DNA of 32,000 bases. Source: Candidatus Thorarchaeota archaeon. Lineage in GTDB: Archaea > Asgardarchaeota > Heimdallarchaeia > Hodarchaeales > Hodarchaeaceae. Both the position numbers and the translations under genes were made by a program. Numbering within the stretch: position 1 is the stretch's first letter; the number at the start of each line of letters is the position of its first letter. The DNA lies in contig JBHLRO010000001.1 in NCBI GenBank assembly GCA_048882505.1, positions 180,001-212,000 on the forward strand, read 5' to 3'. The notes under the pieces were generated by a model. That model did no database searches. It saw nothing but the letters and a program-made list of their open reading frames with translations, and had not been told where the DNA came from. Below, piece by piece: positions 1-8,808 of the stretch.

Positions 1-181
1 TATGAAGAAAAGATGGGAGATCAGAAAGATGCTTAGTAGATTCAAAGGACTCAAAATGTGCTGCAGCGATCCCTTATTTGGTACATTAACGTGTGATTTT
101 AATGGTTGATAGACCTTTTTTTGGACATGATAAGTCAGCATTAATACAAAAGTATGGTAAAAGTCTGTATGTTGTGATTAA

Positions 182-1402
182 ATGATTGAAGATTTAGATT
201 CCGAATTAGAAAAAGTAGATAGTGAGGCTATTATCATCATAGGAGATAGTACTTCTGGAAATCCCTCTCTTGGGTACGTTTGTGGCGTAACAGTTCCTCG
301 CGGTGGAGTTTATATCAAGAAAATTGGTGAAGAACCTGTTCTTGTTGTTGGCGATTTGGATACGGCTAATGCTCAGCGTGGATTAGTCAGGAAGGTCTAT
401 CCCACATCCAAATACAACCTCTCAAAACTTGCTCAAGAAAACGGGCTCAAAGAGGCATATATTATTATCTATGATCAAATCCTTGGAGAACTCGGCGGGG
501 CCAAAGGCCTTGTACTTGCTGGGAAGATTGAAGCCGGCCAAGCAATTGATATTTCAAGAAGAATGGAAAAAAGGGGGTATAAGATCAGAGCTGAGCCTGA
601 TTTGGTAGATAATGTTCGAAGAACAAAGAGTTCTAGAGAACTTGATATCATTCGTGAAGTTGCACGTAGGACTGAAGATGTTGTACGGACTACTCTTTCA
701 ATGCTCAGGGAATGTTCAATAAAAGGTGACACACTTCAAAATCCCTTTGAATCAGGCAAAGATTTAACAGTTGGGAAAGTTAAGCAGTTTATCAACCTCA
801 GATTAGCAGAAAAAAATCTTATCGCCGTTTTTGATACAATATTCGCTCCTGGACCAGATGGTGCCGATCCGCACAATCATGGAACTTCAGAACGAAAGTT
901 GACCACAGGAACACCTATCGTGTTTGATATTTTTCCCAGAGATGTCGAATCGGGATATTGTTTTGATACCACACGAACTTTTACCATAGGAAAGGCCTCC
1001 ATGGAGGTAAAAAAAATGTATGAGGATGTTTTGGAAGCTCAAAAAGCAGCCCTAGAACAGATCATGGCTAACGCCAACGGAAAGAAGATTTCAACGTCTG
1101 TTTGCAATATTCTTACAAAGCGTGGTCACAAAACTCCGTTGTATTATATGGAAAATCCTGGAATGCCTATGGAAGAAGGATTCATTCATGGTTTGGGCCA
1201 CGGGGTAGGTTTAACCATTGGTGAGCCCCCATATCTCTCACTTCTCAGAGAAGAAGAGGTTTTAAAGGTCGGAGATGTGGTTACAGTCGAACCTGGAGTC
1301 TATTATCCCAATAAATGGGGAATTAGAATTGAGGACACTGTTGCTGTGCAGAACAAAGGCCTTTGGAATTTTTCAACCTTGGAAAAGAATCTTGAACTAT
1401 AA
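182..1402 (+). CDS. Xaa-Pro aminopeptidase / M24 family metallopeptidase
   Basis: Pita-bread fold metal ligand motifs: IVFDIFP, FDTTRTF, HGLGHGVGL, TVEPGVY, GIRIED; LRRxKS-like segment (VRRTKSSRELD) at the start of the catalytic domain. Confidence 0.92.
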   Translation: MIEDLDSELEKVDSEAIIIIGDSTSGNPSLGYVCGVTVPRGGVYIKKIGEEPVLVVGDLDTANAQRGLVRKVYPTSKYNLSKLAQENGLKEAYIIIYDQILGELGGAKGLVLAGKIEAGQAIDISRRMEKRGYKIRAEPDLVDNVRRTKSSRELDIIREVARRTEDVVRTTLSMLRECSIKGDTLQNPFESGKDLTVGKVKQFINLRLAEKNLIAVFDTIFAPGPDGADPHNHGTSERKLTTGTPIVFDIFPRDVESGYCFDTTRTFTIGKASMEVKKMYEDVLEAQKAALEQIMANANGKKISTSVCNILTKRGHKTPLYYMENPGMPMEEGFIHGLGHGVGLTIGEPPYLSLLREEEVLKVGDVVTVEPGVYYPNKWGIRIEDTVAVQNKGLWNFSTLEKNLEL

Positions 1403-1493
1403 AATCTTGTCTTCCATTTCTGATTCTAAAATCAACGAAAGATACATCTATATACACAGAGAAGTGTGATTCCTTTCATGAAGGGGATTGTGA

Positions 1494-2651
1494 TTGCGAC
1501 GTAGTTTAGATCAGAAGGCCATTCAGTTTTCAAGAATATTACCCCAAGAAGTCCATCAGCTTTTAAATATCCTAAAATCCCATAATAAGGAATCCTTGGT
1601 AATCGGAGGGGCCGTCAGGGACTTTTTCTTTGGGGTTCCTATTGGGGATTTTGATTTAGCAACATCAGCGGTTCCAAGCCAGTTGATTCAGTGGTTTCAG
1701 GATTCAAATGTCAAAACTAAATCAATTGGCGGTGAATTTGGAACAGTCCTTGCCATCATAGGAAAAAAGGCTTTTGATGTGAGTACCTTTAGGCGTGAGC
1801 ATTTTCCCGCCCCTGGAAAACCCCCAATAGTTACATTCGTGAAATCATTGGCCGATGATTTAGCCAGAAGGGATTTTACTATTAATGCACTAGTCTATGA
1901 TGATGCAGATAAAAAGATTTTCGATCCCTATGATGGTCTTCGTGACATCCGAGAGCGCGTGATTCACATTATAGGAGATCCTTTTATTCGTTTTCTTGAA
2001 GATGGCTTAAGAATAATTCGAATTTGTCGTTTTATTGCGCAATTCAATCTGAATCCCGGGGAAGCGGCCCATAGAGCGGTTTACGTTGTAGGACGACAAG
2101 CGTTATTTCGAAGTCGAACCGTACTTCGCCAGGAGTTTTTTAAATTGCTAAAACTTCCACAACCGGAAAGAGGGTTACGGCTTTTATATGACGCAGGAGT
2201 CTTGAAAGCAATTTTCCCAAGCATTCCTATTATTTCACCTCAAAACAACCAGGATAGTTTAACTGCCGTCTTCGAGAACCTAAAGGATATCCCTGCTCGT
2301 CAACCCCTCATTAGGTTGTTTAGTTTTCTGATTACAGGGATTATATCTGAAGATAATTCATTTCATGCTTGGAGGAGATACCAAAAAAAAATTACACAGG
2401 ATCTCAATTTGAACCTAAGGCAACAGCAGGTTTTGACACGACTAGTTGAAGGATGGTTCAATCTTCCTAATTTCGAGGTAGAGCGGGAAGTTCGGCAATG
2501 GATTCGTAAAACAGGCCTAAACACGAGTGAAGATCTTCTTCCAACCTTATTCCTCTTGTCCGAAACCTTGGGAAACAATAATTTATCGAAAGACCGTGAA
2601 TCAATAAGAAAGAGTGTAATTCGAACCATATCGAGCCTGAGGGGCCTTTAG
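1494..2651 (+). CDS. cca: Class II (bacterial/eukaryotic-type) tRNA nucleotidyltransferase, CCA-adding enzyme family
   Basis: GGAVRD...GDFD (catalytic DxD), RRDFTINAL, EDGLR (EDxxR nucleotide-recognition motif). GGEFGTV resembles CCA enzymes rather than the poly(A) polymerase GRRF signature. TTG start; no HD domain seen. Confidence 0.8.
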   Translation: MRRSLDQKAIQFSRILPQEVHQLLNILKSHNKESLVIGGAVRDFFFGVPIGDFDLATSAVPSQLIQWFQDSNVKTKSIGGEFGTVLAIIGKKAFDVSTFRREHFPAPGKPPIVTFVKSLADDLARRDFTINALVYDDADKKIFDPYDGLRDIRERVIHIIGDPFIRFLEDGLRIIRICRFIAQFNLNPGEAAHRAVYVVGRQALFRSRTVLRQEFFKLLKLPQPERGLRLLYDAGVLKAIFPSIPIISPQNNQDSLTAVFENLKDIPARQPLIRLFSFLITGIISEDNSFHAWRRYQKKITQDLNLNLRQQQVLTRLVEGWFNLPNFEVEREVRQWIRKTGLNTSEDLLPTLFLLSETLGNNNLSKDRESIRKSVIRTISSLRGL

Positions 2652-2716
2652 CTAGAAGAAAATTTAATCACTAGGGTATTCTTCCTCTAATCGGAATGGT
2701 AAAGGTAATAAGATAG

Positions 2717-4033
2717 GTGGATTCTATTAAGGTCACATATAAGGCAATACATACGGAGGGAAAGGTACTAAACTGGTATAAATCGCCTGATACCTGGTTT
2801 TGGACCCATGGATCTGTAAATCCGTATCGAGGATGTGAACATGATTGTGTATATTGTGATGGGCGTACCGAATGGTATGGAATTGCCGATTTTGGAACTT
2901 TGATTAGGATTAAGGAGAATGCACCTCAGCGCTACGAAAAAGATCTCTTGAAACTCGGATATTTACCCGATTACCGTCCTCGCTCTCAAACCATAGAAGG
3001 GTTCTTCGAATCCTCATCAAACGCTCATTCTGAGATGAAGGCGAAGAATCAACCTCCACGGTTTCCTGTTGCTATTGGCGGAGGCGTTTGTGACGTTTAT
3101 CAACCAGCGGAACGGAAATATCGTGTAACACGAAGTCTGCTTGTAAAACAACGAGATTTTGGTCTTCCTACTACCGTATTAACCAAATCTAAATTAGTTC
3201 TCAGAGACATTGACCTATTTAAAGAGATTAATGAAATGAACTATGCCAGCGTGTCTTTTTCTATTACTTTATGTGATGAATCACTTAGAAAACGCTTTGA
3301 ACCACATGCTACAGCGAGCCGACAACGCTTTAAGGCGCTTAAAGAGATTCGTGAAAATAAATTACATGGCGGGGTAATGCTTATGCCAATTTTACCCGGT
3401 GTTGGAGATTCCGAAGAGAATCTAGCTTGTATAATAGAAACGGCCAAAACCACGGATGCCGAGTTTATTCTGCCTAGCGGCTTGACTCTGAAACCAGGTA
3501 AAAATAAACGTGAATTTATTAATGTGATTCAAAGGCATTTTCCGACTTTGATGCCATTATACCAAGAGCTTTATGGAAACAATAACAGGTACGGTATAGC
3601 TGACGGAACGAAAATCCAGGGAATTAATATCAGTGCTTTGGCCCACGAAATGTGCAGGAAGTGGAAGATTCCAGATCGTATGCCTAGATACATCCCTACC
3701 GAAGTTTATCAGACAAACTATTTAGTTTCCACGGTTCTAGCAAATCTAGCTTATTATTTGCAATGGGTGAGAGAGGAACCTTGGATCAAAACTAAGCTGT
3801 TCATCGAAGCCGGTAACCAAATCGAGGCAATGGACACAGATATTCGGGAACTACCGTATAGGAAGGTGCGAGCCCGATTTAAGTTAAATGAGGAAATTAC
3901 CGATATAGTTCGAGAAGTAATCGAAACGGGACATTCGTCCTTGCTATCTGAATTTATACCTAACCATCAAATAGTGATAACCGGAACAAAATTCGACTCT
4001 AATCAGAACTGGGCCAATGGTGAAAAGGATTGA
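2717..4033 (+). CDS. Radical SAM protein, SplB/Rv2578c-like (spore photoproduct lyase-related), with C-terminal helical DNA-binding-like domain
   Basis: NPYRGCEHDCVYC (CxxxCxxC at 2834-2857), DVYQPAE, LTKS..VLRDID, FEP...RF.AL; GTG start 7 nt after GGTAAT. Confidence 0.88.
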   Translation: MDSIKVTYKAIHTEGKVLNWYKSPDTWFWTHGSVNPYRGCEHDCVYCDGRTEWYGIADFGTLIRIKENAPQRYEKDLLKLGYLPDYRPRSQTIEGFFESSSNAHSEMKAKNQPPRFPVAIGGGVCDVYQPAERKYRVTRSLLVKQRDFGLPTTVLTKSKLVLRDIDLFKEINEMNYASVSFSITLCDESLRKRFEPHATASRQRFKALKEIRENKLHGGVMLMPILPGVGDSEENLACIIETAKTTDAEFILPSGLTLKPGKNKREFINVIQRHFPTLMPLYQELYGNNNRYGIADGTKIQGINISALAHEMCRKWKIPDRMPRYIPTEVYQTNYLVSTVLANLAYYLQWVREEPWIKTKLFIEAGNQIEAMDTDIRELPYRKVRARFKLNEEITDIVREVIETGHSSLLSEFIPNHQIVITGTKFDSNQNWANGEKD

Positions 4034-4540
4034 TCTTGGAATCCGTTAGATTTCGATTTATGCTTATTATTAATGTAGGTTAGTGGTTCCCTGTATAAAG
4101 TTTAGCTGGATAAGGCATTTTTGAGCCACAAATGACATTTTTTGGCACTTATATACGATATTGTACTTCAGAGTTCATGTCTTCTCGATCAAGTTCTTTT
4201 CCATAAGATGGGTGGATCGGAGAGCAAAGAGAAATGTGAATAGGTTAGATGCCCAGCTTTATAGAACTATAGGGGCAAAAAGGTCAATAAACCTCCGAAT
4301 TTCCTCTTTCTGTTTTCTTAAAGGTATTTGAACTATATTAGTGTAGCAACGAAAACTCCGCGATTCATAGGTATATTGCCCAGCTTTACCTTCTTGATTG
4401 TTTACAGCGCTGTGTTATGGCGTTACTAGGCCTTTAAACCGTCAAAACGTCTGTTCAAACGGAATTTCGATTATTAAATTAAAAACAAGATCCAATTATC
4501 ATCCTTGATATAAGAAGGGTTTCTCTTGGAAGTATAGACG

Positions 4541-5965
4541 ATGTGTAATCCCAGAATTGCCTTCAATCTGTTGTTTGCTGTTCTCGTTTCTTTTTCTTTG
4601 ATTCAAGTGTTCTCTTACCAAAATGCAGAATCAGGAGAAATAAACGCTTTTACGACAAATATTCTCCTTTCTACGGAAGATATGATTTATCCAGCTCATG
4701 TAGAGCCGACCTTGGCGATTTCCACAAATGGGACACTGTTTGCAGGGTGGAAACAAGCATACAGCCATAATGGAGAGGGCGTTCGGGTTAGTTTTTCCAA
4801 ATCCATTGACGGTGGGATTACTTGGTCTTCCCCTTTTGACATGCCCAAGTTTATGGGAATGAACACGGGCCAATCCGACCCGTGGTTGGTTTGGCATAAC
4901 GAGTCCCTATTTTACGCATATCTAGAGTATGAACTGAACCGACCACCTGCAACTGCTTGGTCCCAAATTACGATGGCTAGAAGTCAGGATTACGGAAAAT
5001 CGTGGAATCCAGTAACAGCAACTTATGGCGAGGGATTTGCAGATAAAGAAACAATTGCTATCAGTTCCTCTGGTGTAATCTATGTTGCTTATGATGACAT
5101 TGTCGGGGAGAAGGTTGCAATCCGAGTAAGTCGCTCAGAAGATGCTGGTATGACCTTTTCTGAGGTTAAAGTGATAACTGATTCAGTCACCAACCCTGTA
5201 GATCACCTATCACCTTACATAACGACAGACAGCCAAGAAAATGTCTATGTAGCTTGGATATGGTATACCGAAGCTAATTGGGGTGATATATACATGGTAA
5301 AATCACAAGATCAAGGCCAGACTTTCTCGGCTGCTAGTGATATTAACCTGAATGATCAAAACGCGTCAATTACCATAACCGATGGCCGTGTATCTCGTGC
5401 CTCGTTACCAGTCCTTAGGTTCCATGATGAAAGACTATTTGTATCATGGTGCGCAAGATTAGAAGAAGCTGGAGGATGGGATGTATATCTTCGATATTCT
5501 GATGACTATGGCGCAACTTGGAGTGATAGAATACGAGTTAATCCAGACACAGAGGGAGACCAATGGCAACCCGACTTTGATATAGATAATATGGGTCGGG
5601 TTCATTACGTGTGGTTAGATGAACAAGGGAATTCATTTCGTCCTTATTATCGGATGATCTCCATTTCGGATCTAGATAGCACGCCCACACTTGGTCCAGT
5701 CGTACCCATTGCTAGTGTTAGAACGTCAAATGCTTTCACGAGACCTGGCGATTATTTTACTGTTCGTGTGGATGGCGCTGACATCCCACATGTCGTATGG
5801 ACAGACGGTCGAAATGATGGAATGGATATTTATTATAGCCATGGGATCCACGAAGAGACTACAACCAATACAACTCCGACAAGCTTTCATCCCTACATAC
5901 CTGTCGTTTTATTATTGACGGTTGTCTTAAAAAAGATAAGGGGGCGTTTCAAGTCTTATGAGTAG
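4541..5965 (+). CDS. Secreted Asp-box (BNR) beta-propeller protein, sialidase-like fold, with C-terminal anchor
   Basis: N-terminal signal peptide; five Asp boxes (SIDGGITWS, SQDYGKSWN, SEDAGMTFS, SQDQGQTFS, SDDYGATWS); Thr-rich linker, hydrophobic segment and basic tail at the C-terminus. True sialidase activity is not established. Confidence 0.82.
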   Translation: MCNPRIAFNLLFAVLVSFSLIQVFSYQNAESGEINAFTTNILLSTEDMIYPAHVEPTLAISTNGTLFAGWKQAYSHNGEGVRVSFSKSIDGGITWSSPFDMPKFMGMNTGQSDPWLVWHNESLFYAYLEYELNRPPATAWSQITMARSQDYGKSWNPVTATYGEGFADKETIAISSSGVIYVAYDDIVGEKVAIRVSRSEDAGMTFSEVKVITDSVTNPVDHLSPYITTDSQENVYVAWIWYTEANWGDIYMVKSQDQGQTFSAASDINLNDQNASITITDGRVSRASLPVLRFHDERLFVSWCARLEEAGGWDVYLRYSDDYGATWSDRIRVNPDTEGDQWQPDFDIDNMGRVHYVWLDEQGNSFRPYYRMISISDLDSTPTLGPVVPIASVRTSNAFTRPGDYFTVRVDGADIPHVVWTDGRNDGMDIYYSHGIHEETTTNTTPTSFHPYIPVVLLLTVVLKKIRGRFKSYE

Positions 5966-6205
5966 TAGAAAGGAAGATAAGGCTTCTCAAGGATAGAAAC
6001 CTTTTCCTCCAACGCAGAAATAATTATACCTTGGCTCTATTCAGCGATGATATTCCCTAACCTACTGGTTTGGGGATGAACTTTAAATCAGCAAGTTTTT
6101 AAGGAAGTCGGCCCTCATTAGACTGATTACTTTCAGGAAGATAACAACAATTTAGTTCTTCCCATTTTAACTTTTACTTCATTATATCATGCTTATAACG
6201 GACTA

Positions 6206-6727
6206 ATGGTGTATAAATTGAGTTTCTTCAAAAAAATATTTGCAAAACCAAAAACAAAAACAGTCAGAGCGGATTCTGATCTCGAATTACAGGAAAAGGT
6301 GAGAAAGCAAAGCGAAACTCCAGATAGTACCGCTCCAATAACCACGGGACGAGGAGGGATTAGTTTAAAGGACCATACAAGTTTATTAGAAAAACGACTC
6401 AATCAACCTGAAACACGCCAAAATCCCCCTAAGCACATCGAAGTCATTCGTGCGCTAGCAGCCAATTATGTAAAACTAGGAAACCTTGAGGATTTTGGAT
6501 ACTTTGCAAAAGCTGAGAACCTCTATAAACAAATGAATGTTCTCTATCCTCTCCATATGGAGAAGATCGATTGGGTTAATTGGATTGAAGCATCAGCTAG
6601 GGCAAAACTGATTCGTGAGGCCCGACGTTTACTGACAGAGGCCCGTCTGCTGTTTCCTGGTGATCAGGAATTTGATCGTATTGAAACAACTGTTTTACAT
6701 ATCACTCAAACTGAAACTACTGGATAA
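6206..6727 (+). CDS. Hypothetical protein with TPR-like helical C-terminal half
   Basis: 173-aa ORF; C-terminal helix pairs with TPR-like pattern (LAANYVKLG...AKAENLYKQM..LYP; EARRLLTEARLLFP). Likely true start is TTG at 6218, 4 nt after GGTGTA. Confidence 0.7.
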   Translation: MVYKLSFFKKIFAKPKTKTVRADSDLELQEKVRKQSETPDSTAPITTGRGGISLKDHTSLLEKRLNQPETRQNPPKHIEVIRALAANYVKLGNLEDFGYFAKAENLYKQMNVLYPLHMEKIDWVNWIEASARAKLIREARRLLTEARLLFPGDQEFDRIETTVLHITQTETTG

Positions 6728-6773
6728 ACGGGTTCAGAAGCTTGATAAAAAAAGCTAGAAATCTAGTTTGTTG

Positions 6774-7925
6774 TTAAAACTCGTTTTCTGTTGAACGAGC
6801 TGACTTTGGGTCGGATTCTCCTCTATAAAAGAGAAACGCGATTAAGACCCCAATAAATCCAATGAAAGATCCAATCCCAAAGTTAGGTTGTATTTTTCCG
6901 GACCCTGATGCAAAATAAGCTCCGATCAAAGTTCCTGCAGCAATTCCAATGTAGTTTGACGATCCCAGAAAGCCCATATAACGACCCCTGTTCCTCTCCG
7001 TAGTATTCTCTGCAATGACCAGAGGAGAAACGATAAAAAAGATCGAGTAGATCGGGATAGTGTATAACATTAACATTAACAGAGGGTTGATCGCGGATAG
7101 AATAAAGGTACCAAACGCCAGAAAAAAATAGAGGAGCATCGCTAATAGCACCAAGGGGCGGAATGAAACCTTATTCGCAATTTTTCCCATTAAAAAAGTC
7201 CCTCCAATGCCAAAGAGGGTAGCAAGGGTATTTGCTATCCCAACCCAAGCCACAGATAACCCCACCTCCTGTTCTAGGAAAATTGAAAATAATCCAACTA
7301 CCAGATTATTTGATACTTGAGAGATGATTGTTAAGAGAAGGAGAACATAGATCAGATAAAGGGATCTGTTGACCTCCCGAACGGGAGGGTCTGTTTTATA
7401 AGTTGGATAAAGAGAATGATTCACCTCTAATGGCGAAAGGTGCCTTTCCTGTAGCCCAAGACTAAGTAATACAGATATACACGAAATTATCCCTGCCCAA
7501 AGAAACAAAGATTGTAATCCGATATTATCAATCGTAAGAGAGGTAAATAGACTCCCTAATAAGAATCCTAGGCTGGCCATGACGCCCAACCTGCCAAATT
7601 TCTCCGCGTGTTCTCCCTCTGGGGAATTAATTGTCACCAAACGAGTAAATGCGGGTCCAAATGCAGCAACGAAAAAATTGAAACATAAATATGCCCAAAA
7701 GAAAGGAACTGCACTCCGAATTGTCCAGTATACAAAAAAGGATAGCGCCATAATAACGAGGCTCATAAAGATCAATCGTTTCGAGCCCCAAAGATCACTC
7801 AACCATCCAAAGAAGGAGGTGGAAAAGATTTGGAGTAGATATGGAAGGCTAACGAGTAATCCAGCCCCCCAAATGTCTCCTTCCGAGAGAATAAAGAAAT
7901 ACCACCCGACAAAGGGAGCAGCCAC
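6774..7925 (-). CDS. MFS transporter
   Basis: Motif A (FGWLSDLWGSKR) and its C-half copy (GKIANKVSFRP), ERNRGRYMG loop, many TM segments. Frame stays open to 8036, so the real start is probably upstream of the GTG (see findings). Confidence 0.9.
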   Translation of the reverse strand: MAAPFVGWYFFILSEGDIWGAGLLVSLPYLLQIFSTSFFGWLSDLWGSKRLIFMSLVIMALSFFVYWTIRSAVPFFWAYLCFNFFVAAFGPAFTRLVTINSPEGEHAEKFGRLGVMASLGFLLGSLFTSLTIDNIGLQSLFLWAGIISCISVLLSLGLQERHLSPLEVNHSLYPTYKTDPPVREVNRSLYLIYVLLLLTIISQVSNNLVVGLFSIFLEQEVGLSVAWVGIANTLATLFGIGGTFLMGKIANKVSFRPLVLLAMLLYFFLAFGTFILSAINPLLMLMLYTIPIYSIFFIVSPLVIAENTTERNRGRYMGFLGSSNYIGIAAGTLIGAYFASGSGKIQPNFGIGSFIGFIGVLIAFLFYRGESDPKSARSTENEF

Positions 7926-8198
7926 GGCAAAAGGAAAATGGAAAAGGGCATAGAGTATTTCATCTAGCGTAAAGAACCTTTTATTCAGAGAACTAGGGGA
8001 AACCAGAGAAACTACCAGCGGAGAATTTCGTAATCTTCAATAGGGAACGAACTCGGGAGTTTAAAATCAGTTAATTAAAGTAGATGTAAAAGGTAAAATT
8101 TGCAACCGTAAATTTTTCTATTGATATGAAATCAAATGTGCGAAGTCATCAATTGCGACTCTTTTCCAATCCATCAACAATTCCTTGAATCTCGCTTT

Positions 8199-8699
8199 TT
8201 AGAAATCTAGTTCAGAAAGAGCATTTCGAATGGGATCTTTTGCTTTCTTTTCCTCAATCATTAGTGAAGGAGTCTTGTTCTCGATTTCTTCAGCCTTTTT
8301 CAGTAGCTGTATCAAACCAAGCAATTCAGATTGGATTTGATGAAATGCTTTTCTGATACCTTGGACATTTGTATGGGGTTTAGTTATACCGATCACAACA
8401 TATTCTGGAGTAACACCTTGCATGACTAGATTACCCCCGACAAACTCCGATATCATAAATCCTAGCTTTCCTATTTTTAAAAAGGTGTCTCCCTGTTCTT
8501 GCATACCAGAATAAAGGGCACAAGCAAGAGAACCAATCCCTTCCAGATTGTAGGGAGTCCCGGAGTCTTGTTGACGCGAGACCTGACCAATCACCAGCCC
8601 CGCCGCATCCGTTAGCAAAATTTGTTGAAGCCCACGGGAAGTTTTTAGTAATTGGATCAGGATTGCGTGTATACCTGTCGAAATATCCAGCATCATCAT
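8199..8699 (-). CDS. Roadblock/LC7 (LAMTOR2/MglB-like) domain protein
   Basis: helix - ILLTDAAGLVIG - helix (GSLACALYSG..EQG) - strands MISEFVGGNLVMQGV..EYVVIGIT - C-terminal helix: the canonical roadblock pattern, plus a charged C-terminal tail. Confidence 0.85.
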   Translation of the reverse strand: MMMLDISTGIHAILIQLLKTSRGLQQILLTDAAGLVIGQVSRQQDSGTPYNLEGIGSLACALYSGMQEQGDTFLKIGKLGFMISEFVGGNLVMQGVTPEYVVIGITKPHTNVQGIRKAFHQIQSELLGLIQLLKKAEEIENKTPSLMIEEKKAKDPIRNALSELDF

Positions 8700-8808
8700 C
8701 TCTTGGATAAGAGGTCTAAGGTACCTAAATTCAGATTTTTAGAAAAAGACAGGTTCAATCTAGTTTTTAAAGATACAATGGGCAGTGATTAAAGATTTGA
8801 TCATATAT

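Noticed and set aside
1-110. 3' end of an upstream gene (YEEKMGDQKDA-stop at 36) or a short ORF from position 2
   Set aside because: Too short to choose a frame or assign a product.
4541-5965. Calling the Asp-box protein a true sialidase
   Set aside because: Asp boxes show the fold only; I could not identify the RIP/RLP motif or arginine triad.
4510-6005. AAGGGTTTCT / AGAAACCTTT near-inverted sequences flanking the Asp-box gene, as mobile-element ends
   Set aside because: Only about 9 of 10 bp match, with no target-site duplication and no transposase.
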